DNA from: Mesotaenium endlicherianum
Lineage: Eukaryota
Direction of reading: 5' to 3'
Assembly: GCA_009602735.1 (NCBI GenBank)
Contig: WELA01002297.1
Span: forward strand, 1-64,000
Length of the DNA stretch: 64,000 nt
Each line of letters begins with the position of its first letter. Within the stretch, counting starts at the first letter, position 1. Of the stretch, positions 1-11,610 are shown piece after piece. Below the pieces are notes generated by a model. That model was not told the DNA's origin. It saw nothing but the letters and a program-made list of their open reading frames with translations, and searched no databases. The position numbers were made by a program, and so were the translations under genes.

Positions 1-325
1 ATAACTTCCTTACTCCGGTGCCCCGCTACTTCCACGTGAATAGCTTCCGTAGGTGCACCACACTTGAGTCTCTGCCCGTTTGCCAAAATTGCCTCCTTAG
101 GCTCATAATGCTTCTGCACAGGGATTCGCCATTGTTTCACCAGCTTCTTGTGCACAAAGTTTGCACTTGCGCCACTGTCGACCATACACTTCGCATTATT
201 GCCGTCGACCACTCCTTCCACGATGATAGGCTTGTCAACGTCTCGTCCTTTGCTTCTCGGCAGGCTCCTGGGGATAACCTCCTTGTGAGTTCTCGTCTTC
301 ACGCCAGTAGACACCCCAGAACGAC

Positions 326-1381
326 TTACTGGCGTCCTCCTTTTTCCTGCTGTTGACGTTGCTTCGCCTTCACATGACAGTCTCGAGCCTGATGTCCAAG
401 CTTGCCGCAACTATAGCAAGGTCCTCTCGGCTTGAAATTCTGCTGCTTGCGCTGGTACTGCACAAGCCCCAACTCCATGGGTACTGGACCTTGAACACTC
501 GTGCTTGGCGCTTGAGATCCAAAGTGTCGATATCCTCCAAAGTTGTGGCTGCCCCACTGCCTCTGACTATACTCCACGGCGTCGACCCTTGTTGCCAATG
601 CCATCATTTCTCGAAGACTGGTAGGGTCCTTGAGCGCCACTTCCTTGGCCACAGTTGGCTTGAGTCTCCTCTTGAACTTGTCCATCATCACTGACTCGTG
701 CATGGATGGGCATTGAAGCACCAGCTCGTTGAAGCGCGAAACATATTCCTGAACGCTTCCTCGCTGACAAAGGCGCACCAATAGATCTCGAGCGGTAGCC
801 TCGGGTGCAATAGGTTGAAATTGCCTCTTCAAGCCTTCAAATAGCTGATCAACAGTAGCAGGAACTCCAGATAGCTGCTCTTTTCGTTCACACCAAGCTC
901 CAGCACTCTTCTCCATCAAGGTGATGACAAAGGCGACTTGCCTGTCGGGCGTAAGCGCAGAATACTCCATAAACTTCTTCACTCCAAAAATCCACTGATG
1001 AACAGGCGGCGATCCACGCTCTCCAGTATAAACTTCAGGCTTTGGCGCACGCACTCCTGATGCGGGTGGAATAACTGGTTGCACAACTGGGTTAACATGA
1101 ATNTGCACAACTGGGTTAACATGAATTGGTAGTACAACGGGTGCAGGTGCCGAACTCGTCGAAGCGGCGTTCCCAACAACAACTCGCACCATTCTCTCCA
1201 CCTCCGCGCGCATATTTTGTTGAAACTGGGTGTAGACTTCTCCTCCAATTGCATTTGCCATTTGCCTTAGCATCGCCTGCATCTCTTGTTGCTCTCTGGT
1301 CATTGTTGGTGCTGCCTGCTGCCCCGCGCGCTCAACATGCTCGACATGTTCGCCTCCTCCAGCTGCCGGCTGCGACTCCAT
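326..1381 (-). CDS. gag: Gag of A1 (capsid-like domain + CCHC knuckle [14 protein letters not shown])
   Basis: 351-aa ORF directly after the [19 protein letters not shown] and CX2CX4HX4C motifs; single N at 1103. Confidence 0.9.
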   Translation of the reverse strand: MESQPAAGGGEHVEHVERAGQQAAPTMTREQQEMQAMLRQMANAIGGEVYTQFQQNMRAEVERMVRVVVGNAASTSSAPAPVVLPIHVNPVVXIHVNPVVQPVIPPASGVRAPKPEVYTGERGSPPVHQWIFGVKKFMEYSALTPDRQVAFVITLMEKSAGAWCERKEQLSGVPATVDQLFEGLKRQFQPIAPEATARDLLVRLCQRGSVQEYVSRFNELVLQCPSMHESVMMDKFKRRLKPTVAKEVALKDPTSLREMMALATRVDAVEYSQRQWGSHNFGGYRHFGSQAPSTSVQGPVPMELGLVQYQRKQQNFKPRGPCYSCGKLGHQARDCHVKAKQRQQQEKGGRQ

Positions 1382-1404
1382 AATATAATATGCAAACTAG
1401 CCCT

Positions 1405-1416
1405 GCTCCGATACCA
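1405..1416 (-). promoter_or_regulatory. Primer-binding site, tRNA-iMet type (TGGTATCGGAGC)
   Basis: 2 nt from the LTR end; one base differs from the canonical plant TGGTATCAGAGC. Confidence 0.9.
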
Positions 1417-1418
1417 GA

Positions 1419-2162
1419 TGAAAGGGGCAGAGTGCCCTAGTGGAAGCGTAGTGACTCACGAGGAAAGGAACTAGTTGCCATCATACTAGAGAGTGCAGCG
1501 GCATATCACTAACAAAGCTTAGGAAAATTACTCAACATTTTGAGTAGCAGGAAACTGCTCACAAATGATGTAGGATGAAAGGCCTTGTCATTACAAACCC
1601 GTAGAAATTTACAGAAGTGAAAACTGATAAGAAACAAAGAAGTTATGCCTATTTATAATTTTCTGCCTAAGTGCTCCTCCCTAGGAGGAAGCTACGGATT
1701 TTCCTAAGTGTTCGTCAAATCGTCCCTTCCAGAATATTCGTGAGTAAGCCAGATCAGTCTAATCTGACGTGTCGGGCCGAATTGACGTCCACATACATGC
1801 ATCGACATTACTAGAATATTCTATCTTAGACGCGCTAGGCTAAACCGAAACTTCTAGGTAAATCGACCTAGTCGGCACTCCGCGTCAGCCGAACTTACGT
1901 GAAGGTTCGAGTTCATTCTAACGGGCCAGATCGCTCGACGCTGTCGGTCAATCCGACGGTCGCGCTCACCGCGAATTAAGGACAGTCGTCAACCGACCTC
2001 AAAACTAATTAAACTTCGGAAATCCATAACTCTCTCAATACTTGACCAAATTCGATGAACTTTATATCAAAATGACCACAAAAATGCACTCTACACTACT
2101 ATACAATCAAAACATACTTTCATGATACTCAAAAATGCACTTCATAAACCTATGACCTTACA
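1419..2162 (-). repeat. Family A LTR, 744 bp, shared (3' LTR of A2 and 5' LTR of A1)
   Basis: Minus strand TGTAAGG...CCCCTTTCA; PPT (2163-2180) upstream and PBS downstream; same length as 6827-7570 and 48200-48943. Confidence 0.95.
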
Positions 2163-5100
2163 TCATCCCCCTTCTCAAGATGCGACGTCCTCGACGCATT
2201 CTGCAGATAACGTCTCAACTTACTCTTACAATGAGTCAAGTTGGCCTCTGGCTCCCAAGTGTTGTCGTCCGCATGGTAGCCTTTCCACTTGACCAGATAC
2301 TCTTGGACAACTCGTTGACCTCGCTTGACTCGTCGATCGCCGACAATCGCCTCCACTTCATACTCCAATACATCATCGATCTCGACCGGTGGTGGCGGTG
2401 TAGGTAGTCGTCCTGGATGTCCTTCATTCGGGTCAACGTATGGCCGTAGACAACTGACATGGAACACATCATGGATACGCCATCCTGGAGGAAGTTCCAA
2501 CTTGTAGGTCACTAGATTCACCTGCTTGAGCACTTCAAAGGGACCTGTAAACCGTGCCCGCAGTTTCCTCTTGCCTGTGAAAGGTAGGTTCTCTGTGGAC
2601 AAGAGTACTTTGTCGCCCACTTGGAATGTCACTTCCCTCCTGTGCTTGTTAGCATGCTTGACCTGCTCTTGTTGTGCCTTCCGAATACACGTCTTCGCCA
2701 TATCCCAAGTCTTGGCCATCTGCTCCATAAAAGCTTGTGTAGTAGGAACCTGAGTCTCCTTGGCCTTCTCCAACAAGATGTTCCCTGGATGATATACTTC
2801 TCTCCCATAAACCATAGCGAATGGTGACTGCTTGGTCGATCCCTGCATGCTGTTGTTGTAGGCAAACTCCAACCCTGGTAGCTTCTTGTCCCACTCTGAA
2901 GGGTCTTCCATAGTGAAACTCCTGAGCACCTCTTGCAGAGTTCTGTTGAGCCTCTCACTCTGCCCATCTGTCTGAGGGTGATAGGAAGTGCTCATACTCA
3001 GCTTGGTCCCCATCAAAGTAAACAATGACCGCCAAAAGTTGCTAGTAAACCTTGGATCTCGATCTGAAACAATCACCTTCGGCAACCCATGTAGCCTAAA
3101 AATATGATCAAAGAATAGCCGTGCCACATCTGCTGCCGTAGAAGTCTCCTTCATGGGAATGAAGTGAGCCATCTTGCTGAGTCTGTCAGACACTACCCAT
3201 ACTGCATCGTGCCCTTGACCACTGACTGGTAACGATGTGATGAAGTCCATAGCAATCTGCTCCCAAGGATACTCTGGAATAGGCAGGGGTCGCAATGTAC
3301 CTCCCTTCTTTTGATTTGGTGTCTTGTTTCTCTGGCACGCATCGCAACTCCTGATCCACTCCTCGATGTCCTTGTCCATATTTCTCCAGTAATATTCCCG
3401 CTTCAGCACGCTTGCCGTCTTCTCGCTTCCAAAGTGTCCAGCATATAAGCAGTCATGATGCTCCGTAAGTAGTAAGTCTCGTAGCTCCTTGATGTCAGGT
3501 ACCACCACTCTCTTGGAATCACCATAATACCATATGCCGTCCTTCTTCTGCATACTCGAGTTGGACTCAGCTGCTCCACCATCAGCAAACTCTGGGTCCT
3601 CCTCATAACCTCTCTGAAGCTTCTCCTTGAAGTCCATATTCTCCTTGATGACTGAGACAGCTGCAAGGTCACACCTCCTGGATAAAGCGTCTGCAGGGTT
3701 GATCTTCCCAGGTAAGTACTCAATCTTGTGGTCGAACTGTTGCAGAAACTCCATCCACCTTGCCTGTCTTGGTGTCAACGTTGGCTGCGTCATAAACTTC
3801 TCCAAGCTCTTGTGGTCGGTCTTGATGAACACCTTCCGGCCGTCCACATAACATCGCCAAATCCTCAAAGCCTGGATAATAGCCAACATCTCCCGCTCGT
3901 GTGCTGCATAGTTCTGCTCAGCAGGACTCAACTTCCTGCTCTCATATGCCACAGGCTGCAATCCTTTGCCCTGGTCCTGGAGAAGAATGGCTCCCACTGC
4001 AAAGTTTGATGCGTCCGTGATGATGGTGAAAGGAAGCTCTGGACTGGCAATTGCCAACACAGGTGCCTGTGTCAACAGCTCCTTAATCTTCTCAAAGGCT
4101 TGCTGCTCCTTGTCACCCCATAGCCACTTCTCCTGCTTCTTCAACATGTCCGTGAGCGGTGCACACACCTTGGCAAATCCTTCAATGAAACGTCGATAAT
4201 AATTCGCCATGCCGAGGAAACTCCTGAGTTGATGAATATCAGCAGGTACCGGCCAATCTCTGACTGCTTGCACCTTCTTCTGCTCCACCTTGACTCCTTC
4301 AGCTCCCACTATGTGTCCAAGAAACTCGACCTCCTTGAGACAGAAGTCGCACTTGCTCATCTTCCCATACAGCTTTTGATCTCTCAAGACCTCCAACACC
4401 TTCCTCAGATGCTCCACATGCTCTTCCAAGGTCTTCGAATAGATCAGGATGTCGTCCAAAAATACCACCACAAACTGGTCCAAGTAGGGTCTGAAGATAC
4501 TATTCATGAGTCCCATGAATGTAGCAGGTGCATTAGTCAATCCAAAAGGCATGACTGTGAACTCGAACAAACCATAGCGAGTTCTGAAAGCAGTCTTCTG
4601 AACGTCTCCTTCCGCAATCCGTACCTGGTGATAGCCACTCCTCAAATCGATCTTCGAGAAATACTTCGCCCCGACAAGCCTGTCAATCAACTCGTCCACT
4701 CGTGGAAGTGGGTACCTGTTCTTGATGGTGACCTTGTTGAGTGCCCGGTAGTCGACACACATCCTCATAGTCCCATCCTTCTTCTTCACAAATAAGACTG
4801 GCGCTGCAAATGGAGACTCGCTGGGTCGGATGAATCCCTTCTCCAATAACTCTGTCAGCTGCTTCTTCAACTCATCCAACTCCGCAAACGATTGTCGATA
4901 GGCGGGTCTCACTGGTGGCTTGCTCCCTGGTTCCAACTCAATCTTGTGCTCCATAGCTCTCTGTGGAGGTAATCCTGCAGGTAGCTCCTCAGGAAATACG
5001 CACTTGAACTCCTCCAACAGCGCCTTAATTTGGGCAGGCATCTCAGCAGGCTTCTTCTCTTGAGCAGTTGGGCTCTGCTCCTTCTGAGCAAGGGGATCAG

Positions 5101-5833
5101 ACACCACTACTTGCTCCTCCGGCGATGTACATTCGCCCAGGCTGTTAGGATTCACGCTTGCTCCATCTGATGACCTGGCCAGGGCCACCGAAACAAGGTA
5201 CATCTCCTTCACCTGATTCGCCCTGCATAGCTTCTTAACTTGCAGGCTCGACAGAAGACAGTTACTTGTGGTCGTATCTACCTCCACCTGTTTCGCTGTC
5301 TCCATTCGACCATCACGCCCTTGGACTTTCACTTGTCCTGTGCTCCAGTGCACTTGAGGGTTGGCTTTCCTCAGCCATGGTCGGCCCAATATCACCTCAT
5401 GGTGACCCAACTCTGCCTGCTCCATAACTTCCTTACTCCGGTGCCCCGCTACTTCCACGTGAATAGCTTCCGTAGGTGCACCACACTTGAGTCTCTGCCC
5501 ATTCGCCAAAATTGCCTCCTTAGGCTCATAATGCTTCTGCACAGGGACTCGCCACTCTTTCACCAGCTTCTTGTGCACAAAGTTTGCACTTGCGCCACTG
5601 TCGACCATACACTTCGCATTGTTGCCGTCGACCACTCCTTCCACGATGATAGGCTTGTCAACGTCTCGTCCTTTGCTTCTCGGCAGGCTCCTGGGGATAA
5701 CCTCCTTGTGAGTTCTCGTCTTCACGCCAGTAGACACCCCAGAACGACTTACTGGCGTCCTCCTTTTTCCTGCTGTTGAGGTTGCTTCGCCTTCACATGA
5801 CAGTCTCGAGCCAGATGTCCAAGCTTGCCGCAA
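2150..5833 (-). CDS. pol: Pol of A2: protease, RT, RNase H, integrase, chromodomain (probably expressed as Gag-Pol by -1 frameshift near 5764-5770)
   Basis: MVDSGAS (PR); [10 protein letters not shown] (RT); [12 protein letters not shown] (RH); HHCC finger and IAMDF/IVSDRD/QSERLN (IN); [26 protein letters not shown] (chromodomain). Confidence 0.96.
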   Translation of the reverse strand: MRQAWTSGSRLSCEGEATSTAGKRRTPVSRSGVSTGVKTRTHKEVIPRSLPRSKGRDVDKPIIVEGVVDGNNAKCMVDSGASANFVHKKLVKEWRVPVQKHYEPKEAILANGQRLKCGAPTEAIHVEVAGHRSKEVMEQAELGHHEVILGRPWLRKANPQVHWSTGQVKVQGRDGRMETAKQVEVDTTTSNCLLSSLQVKKLCRANQVKEMYLVSVALARSSDGASVNPNSLGECTSPEEQVVVSDPLAQKEQSPTAQEKKPAEMPAQIKALLEEFKCVFPEELPAGLPPQRAMEHKIELEPGSKPPVRPAYRQSFAELDELKKQLTELLEKGFIRPSESPFAAPVLFVKKKDGTMRMCVDYRALNKVTIKNRYPLPRVDELIDRLVGAKYFSKIDLRSGYHQVRIAEGDVQKTAFRTRYGLFEFTVMPFGLTNAPATFMGLMNSIFRPYLDQFVVVFLDDILIYSKTLEEHVEHLRKVLEVLRDQKLYGKMSKCDFCLKEVEFLGHIVGAEGVKVEQKKVQAVRDWPVPADIHQLRSFLGMANYYRRFIEGFAKVCAPLTDMLKKQEKWLWGDKEQQAFEKIKELLTQAPVLAIASPELPFTIITDASNFAVGAILLQDQGKGLQPVAYESRKLSPAEQNYAAHEREMLAIIQALRIWRCYVDGRKVFIKTDHKSLEKFMTQPTLTPRQARWMEFLQQFDHKIEYLPGKINPADALSRRCDLAAVSVIKENMDFKEKLQRGYEEDPEFADGGAAESNSSMQKKDGIWYYGDSKRVVVPDIKELRDLLLTEHHDCLYAGHFGSEKTASVLKREYYWRNMDKDIEEWIRSCDACQRNKTPNQKKGGTLRPLPIPEYPWEQIAMDFITSLPVSGQGHDAVWVVSDRLSKMAHFIPMKETSTAADVARLFFDHIFRLHGLPKVIVSDRDPRFTSNFWRSLFTLMGTKLSMSTSYHPQTDGQSERLNRTLQEVLRSFTMEDPSEWDKKLPGLEFAYNNSMQGSTKQSPFAMVYGREVYHPGNILLEKAKETQVPTTQAFMEQMAKTWDMAKTCIRKAQQEQVKHANKHRREVTFQVGDKVLLSTENLPFTGKRKLRARFTGPFEVLKQVNLVTYKLELPPGWRIHDVFHVSCLRPYVDPNEGHPGRLPTPPPPVEIDDVLEYEVEAIVGDRRVKRGQRVVQEYLVKWKGYHADDNTWEPEANLTHCKSKLRRYLQNASRTSHLEKGDDVRS

Positions 5834-6789
5834 CTATAGCACGGTCCTCTCGGCTTGAAATTCTGCTGCCTGCGCTGGTACTGCACAAGTCCCAACTCCA
5901 TGGGTACTGGACCTTGAACACTCGTGCTTGGCGCTTGAGATCCAAAGTGTCGATATCCTCCAAAGTTGTGGCTGCCCCACTGCCTCTGACTATACTCCAC
6001 AGCGTCGACCCTTGTTGCCAATGCCATCATTTCTCCAAGACTGGTAGGGTCCTTGAGCGCCACTTCCTTGGCCACAGTTGGCTTGAGTCCCCTCTTGAAC
6101 TTGTCCATCATCTCCGACTCGTGCATGGATGGACATTGAAGCACCAGCTCGTTGAAGCGCGATACATACTCTTGAACGCTTGCTCGTTGACGAAGGCGCA
6201 CCAATAGATCTCGAGCGGTAGCCTCGGGTGCAATAGGTTGAAATTGCCTCTTCAAGCCTTCAAATAGCTGATCAACAGTAGCAGGAACTCCAGACAGCTG
6301 CTCTTCTCGTTCATACCAAGCTCCAGCACTCTTCTGCAGCAAAGTTATGACAAAGGCGACTTGCCTGTCGGGCGTGAGCGCAGAATACTCCATAAACTTC
6401 TTCACTCCAAAAATCCATTGATGAACAGGCGGCGATCCACGCTCTCCAGTATAAACTTCAGGCTTAGGCGCACGCACTCCTGATGCGGGTGGAATAACTG
6501 GTTGCACCACTGGGTTAACATGAATCGGTGGTACAACAGGTGCAGGTGCCGAACTCGTCGAAGCGGCGTTCCCCATAACAACTCGCACCATTCTCTCCAC
6601 CTCCGCGCGCATATTTTGTTGAAACTGGGTGTAGACTTGTCCTCCAATTGCATTTGCCATTTGCCTTAGCATCGCCTGCATTTCTTGTTGCTCTCTAGTC
6701 ATCGTTGGTGCTGCCTGTTGCCCCGCGCGCTCGACATGCTNGACATGCCCGACATGTTCGCCTCCTCCAGCTGCCGGCTGCGACTCCAT
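5749..6789 (-). CDS. gag: Gag of A2
   Basis: 346-aa ORF with CCHC knuckle, overlapping pol in the -1 frame. Confidence 0.92.
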   Translation of the reverse strand: MESQPAAGGGEHVGHVXHVERAGQQAAPTMTREQQEMQAMLRQMANAIGGQVYTQFQQNMRAEVERMVRVVMGNAASTSSAPAPVVPPIHVNPVVQPVIPPASGVRAPKPEVYTGERGSPPVHQWIFGVKKFMEYSALTPDRQVAFVITLLQKSAGAWYEREEQLSGVPATVDQLFEGLKRQFQPIAPEATARDLLVRLRQRASVQEYVSRFNELVLQCPSMHESEMMDKFKRGLKPTVAKEVALKDPTSLGEMMALATRVDAVEYSQRQWGSHNFGGYRHFGSQAPSTSVQGPVPMELGLVQYQRRQQNFKPRGPCYSCGKLGHLARDCHVKAKQPQQQEKGGRQ

Positions 6790-6826
6790 GATATAATATG
6801 CAAACTAGTCCTGCTCCGATACCAGT

Positions 6827-7570
6827 TGAAAGGGGCAGAGTGCCCTAGTGGAAGCGTAGTGACTCACGAGGAACAAAGCTAGTTGCAATCATACTAAAGA
6901 GTGCAGCGGCATATTGCTAACAAAGCTTAGGAAAATTACTTGACATTTCGAGTGGCAAGAAACTGCTCACAAATGATGTAGGATGAAAGGCCTTGTCATT
7001 ACAAACCCGTAGAAATTTACAGAAGTGAAAATCGATAAGAAACAAAGAAGTTATGCCTATTTATAATTTTCTGCCTAAGTGCTCCTCCCTAGGAGGAAGC
7101 TACGGATTTTCCTAAGTGTTCGTCAAATCCTCCCGTCCAGAATATTCGTGAGTAAGCCAAATCAGTCTAATCTGACGTGTCGGGCTGAATTGACGTCCAC
7201 ATACATGCATCGACATTACTAGAATATTCTATCTTAGACACGCTAGGCTGAACCGAAACTTCTAGGTAAATCGACCTAGTCGGCACTCCGCGTCAGCCGA
7301 ACTTACGTGAAGGTTCGAGTTCACACTAACGGGCCAGATCGCTCGACGCTGTCGGTCAATCCGACGGTCGCGCTCACCGCGAATTAAGGACAGTCGTCGA
7401 CCGACCTCAAAACTAATTAAACTTCAGAAATCCGTAACTCTCTCAATACTTGACCAAATTCGATGAACTTTATACCAAAATGACCACAACAATGCACTCT
7501 ACACTACTATACAACCTAAACATACTTTTATGAAACTAAAAAACGCACTTTATTAATCTATGACCTTACA
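6827..7570 (-). repeat. Family A 5' LTR of A2 (744 bp)
   Basis: TG...CA termini; aligns end to end with 1419-2162; PBS adjacent. Confidence 0.95.
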
Positions 7571-8307
7571 ACAGCACCCACTGGGACGACGCGCTCTCGT
7601 GGTTGTTATGGGGTACAAGTTTAGTATGCAGGCCTCCTTGGCCTCGCACTCTTCTTACTTTCTCCTCTACGGCCGCCAGCGAGTCCTGCCTGCCGCAGCC
7701 AGGACCGTGGCCGAGAACGTCTTGGACTTGGACAGTCCCGATACGTGGAGCGCTCTTATCGGACAGCGTGCACAGCTCTTTCAGCGCCTGATGCCCATGG
7801 CCATGGGCAATCTTGGCATCGCACAGCACCGCGATACGCTGAGGTATGCCATGACTCGTGGAGGAGCCTATCGTCCGCGGGTGTTGCAGTTTTCCGCAGG
7901 TGACTTCGTGTAACTGCGACGCCAGACGAAGAACACCCTCGACACTAGCAGCTCGCCGGTCATCCTACGCGTCAAGCGCGTCTTGCCGTCAGGAGTACTG
8001 GAGCTGGAAGGCGCAGATGGCCGTCTTCACAAGGACCACACGAAGAACCGTGGACCGTGCCACCTCCCTAACCTTGACTTTGCAGGTTCGTCCTCGCGAC
8101 GCACGGCCGCCCAAGGACTGGGCGTGCCAGATCTGCCACAGTCCTGGGCAAGAGGCCAAGATGCTGCTGTGCGACAGCTGCAACCTCAACTTCCATATCA
8201 GCTGCCTCGACCCACCGCTGGCGCGTGTGCCAACTGGAGACTGGTTTTGTAGTGGTTGCTCTGAGTTAGCCTTAGGCAGCGAGCTCAGCTCATTAACTGG
8301 AGGCTGA
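7571..8307 (+). pseudogene. pol: 3' end of a degenerate Gypsy pol: integrase C-terminus + PHD finger (element P1)
   Basis: MGYKFSMQASL..LLYGRQ..MPMAMGNLGIAQHRDTLRY..GPCHLPNLD, then CQIC..MLLCDSCNLNFHISCLDPPLARVPTGDWFCSGC (C4HC3); stops and frameshifts; homologous to 36690-37377. Confidence 0.85.
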
Positions 8308-8320
8308 GAGCTGGGGTGGG

Positions 8321-9454
8321 AATTAAATCCTTTGACCCTCGACTAACTTTTTGGCTATAAAGCCATATGTATTATAGACTTCATTGCAGCAAAGCCTGCT
8401 CATCTTTTGTATGTTGCTTATGCTAAATTGGCGCACCCGACCTCGTAACGCACGACAGCTGTCATGATTTATTAAGTCGGAGTTGTCGCACCACACCTAG
8501 CCATACATATGTGAACCATCAACCTAGGAGGACCAACTTTGCACTGACTTTACGCATCCATATGTTGACCTTTTCTAGATATCCAAGTCACTGAAGTATA
8601 GCACGTTGAGTCACCTCGCGTCATTTGGTTAAGTATCGAGCGAGATAGGCGCGATCTAGTCCGCCCCACCTACCTATCCCTAGCGAAATCTTACCAAAGG
8701 CCAATGTGTGACTCAATGTGCCCAAAGGTCACATTGTTGGCTATTCGTGACTCCCTAAAGCCCTAATATAGAGCGCACAAATCCGCATACCCCATAGCAT
8801 ACATATCCTTTGCATTTACTTAGTATAGGTGCATCATTGAAGCTATAACTTGGTGACTGCATCACCTACTCCTAGAGAAAGCTTCCTCAAGTTCCAGATC
8901 TACTTTTGAGGTGCTATCTAGGTAGAATCACCCAAGGTAAGCTTCACCAATGAGGGACACATATCATATTCAATGCACCTTGCTTTTGATTGGTTTGAGT
9001 TATGCTTAGCCTATAGGAGAGCTAGTACATGCCTTATATACATTTTTGGACATAGGAGAGCCTCCTAGAGGGACTACATGCGTAGGAACCGCCGCCTAGG
9101 CCGGCTAATTTCCAGGAGTATAAAGCATTAGAGATGTCCTGAGTGGGACATCTTTTTAGAAATCCATTATGCCAGTTGTAAATCACAGAGATTATCAGTA
9201 AAGCTTACACTTTTATCTGTTGTGTTTTTAGGACCACTTAGTCATTCTCTTGTGAAGAGCAAGCTCTCCTGGCTTCCAGTCACTTGAAGAATTTCACAAG
9301 TGGTGAGCAAAGTCACAGCTTAACCCTTGCATGGGACTACTCTTGAAGATCATGATGTGCTTCCAGTGACCTTTTGGGCCATACTTCATTAGTTGTTTTC
9401 CTAATAGTTTACAGTTTTGAGGTGCTCACTCTGGAGAGTACACACTCCTTAATT
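8321..9454 (+). repeat. Putative 3' LTR of P1 with AATTAA...TTAATT termini
   Basis: Starts immediately after PPT-like GAGAGCTGGGGTGGG (8306-8320); ends in TTAATT, where its first 137 bp recur (9451-9587). Confidence 0.55.
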
Positions 9455-9587
9455 AAATCATTTGACCCTCGACTAACTTTTTGGCTATAAAGCCGTATGT
9501 ATTATAGACTTCATTGCAGCAAAGCCTGCTTTTCTTTTGTGTGTTGCTTATGCTAATTTGGCGCACCCAACCTCGTAACGCACGACA
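9451..9587 (+). repeat. 137-bp direct repeat of 8321-8457 (truncated second LTR start)
   Basis: Direct alignment with a few substitutions; period 1130 bp. Confidence 0.9.
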
Positions 9588-11350
9588 TCCTTCATAGCAG
9601 TTTTGAAAGCCACAAAGGCGTTGTCATCGTTGTCCACATAGCTTGAGGCAATGGCTCCACTTCTGGCATCAAGTTCAACGAGCTTGTCACTGGATAAGGC
9701 ACTGGAAGCGGTTCTTCCAGACTGAGATCCATGTTGCTCACAGTTTCCAGTTGACTCATAATCCTGGGTTGCCACACCAAAGGCGCTGGCATGTTGACGC
9801 GGATGTAGGCCGTCTCCTCGCTGATCACATGAATGTTGTAAGCCTCTGCATAGTCAGTAGTGGCGCAGCAGTCCAGCATGTTCTGATCTGTTTTTCTTGA
9901 ACAAACCATTTTACAAGAATCTCTTCTGCTGTCTGCTGGTAGGTCACTTTCTGCTTCCGCAGATCAATAGCCATGCCCAATGGGATCAGTGCTTATGTCC
10001 CCAGGAGAATATCATAATTCTCTGCGTCGGTTATCGTGCATTCCATTCATAGTGACGCCTTCTCAGGTTTCCCCGAATTTACCGTGATCTTCACAGGCTT
10101 GCAGGTGATTCCACAAGACTTTGTTACCTGCCCTGATGCCGTTCTCAGCTAAAAAGGGCTCTCTTTCAGATCCCTAGGCGTCAGACCCAGAGCTTTCACA
10201 GCTCGCTTCCCCAGGATGATTGGCTGTGCGCCTGTATCCAGGAGGATGTTGGGGGCTGGCCATGTGTTGAACTTCATGGCACCATCCTTGATCTGCACCC
10301 TCACAGTGCTAAAATTGGTAGGCAGCGAGGCGCTGTTTGCACCTTCCTCAGCTGTATCCAATTGTTGTTCGACTTCTTTAACCGTGAAAGGGTAAGTAAT
10401 GTGCAAATCAGCGAGAGAAATCAACGGAGCATGCTGAATCCGGTGTTCCACCAGAGCTCTCAACTTCTTCAAATAAAAACTAAATGTCTTACGCGTCCCG
10501 ATTTTGGCCTGTCGCAGCTGGGCAATTTCATTCTCATCCATGGTAATCCGAAAGGTCTGACGAAGCTTCCCAACGTTCCTAGGCACCAATCGGTCATGAT
10601 CTGCCCTCTCAGCTGCTGTTGCAGCTACAGCCTTCTCAGGCACCAGCTTCCCTAGACAATTTTTTCAGCGACATCTGCATCATAGTAGTCATTGGGCGCT
10701 TTTAGTTTTGCAAATTGAGCTTTCAACTCAGCAATCTCAGCACTCATAGCATCATACTTTTAATGACCCTTGCGGTTACCAAAATTCTCCTTTCCTTTCT
10801 TTTTACCCTTATCTGCTTCTTTCGTAGCAGCGTTAGCCTATAGTGGCTTTAAATTCGGGTTCTTAAACCAACACTCATCTTCTGAGTGTCCCTTCTTGCT
10901 GCAATGTGCACATATCTGCGCCTTGCTAGCAGACAGTTGCTTAGCATCAAGATAAGGACAATCTCTCTTCTGATGTCATGATTTCCCGCAATTCCAACAT
11001 CCCTCTGCTGTTTCAGCTGTGTTGGCATGCTTAGCAAACCTATTGAAAGACCCGCTCTTCTTTTTGAACTGAAAATTAGAGCTATTGGCCTTAGGCGGAG
11101 AAGATTCCTCCCTCCTCTCAGGCGCCATAAGCATCCTGGAAGCCTCCTTATACCAGACTTTACGTTCCTCGACATAGCGGTGCACTTTGAGACTGCGGTC
11201 CTCTGGGAACCTGATTTGAAGAAACGACGCAGACAATGCTCAGCATCCAATTGGTCATCGCCGGCTTCCATATCTTTACGGCAACTAGCCAACGCTCGTG
11301 CATGGCTTGACTCTGTAGAGGCACTATCGCCTTGCTGACCATTAAAAGGT
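9588..11350 (-). pseudogene. Family D copy D1, right part: gag C-terminus (two CCHC knuckles), protease, start of C5-DNMT (motif I deleted, truncated)
   Basis: CWNCGKS*HQKRDC and CAHCSKKGHSEDEC; ILLDTGAQPIILG; ENYDILLG; VDNDDNAFVAFKTAMK; 9588-10190 aligns with the reverse complement of 62783-63510. Confidence 0.8.
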
Positions 11351-11610
11351 TGTAATGAATCAGTATATTGGTTGATATTATATTCATTTAAATATTATAG
11401 TTACATAAGTTCAGCCTGGATGACAGGCTTCAGAAGACCCCAAGATAGGAGGAGGACTGACTCCCTTGACCATAGGGCCCCAGGGGCATCTCCCTCCTAA
11501 GGGCGGAGAGCTAAGAGCACAGCATGCTGGATGGGAGAGGGATCAGTAATTTCAGTTGAGCAAACCTATGTACTCTGTGTCGGGGCGACAACATGTTAAG
11601 TTGGAGGGAT

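Larger units (their letters stand above)
1..2162 (-). mobile_element. Family A Ty3/Gypsy chromovirus copy A1 (5' part only; runs off window start; its 5' LTR is shared with A2)
   Basis: LTR 1419-2162, then PBS 1405-1416, gag 326-1381 and protease start; near-identical to the A2 region 5425-7570. Confidence 0.93.
1419..7570 (-). mobile_element. Family A chromovirus copy A2, full length with open gag and pol
   Basis: LTR-PBS(6813-6824)-gag-pol-PPT-LTR; inserted into a PHD-integrase remnant at 7571. Confidence 0.95.

Noticed and set aside
1078..1127. Short duplication in A1 gag (and at ~6730-6760 in A2 gag)
   Set aside because: Each straddles a single N, typical of contig-overlap artefacts; absent from the sister copy.
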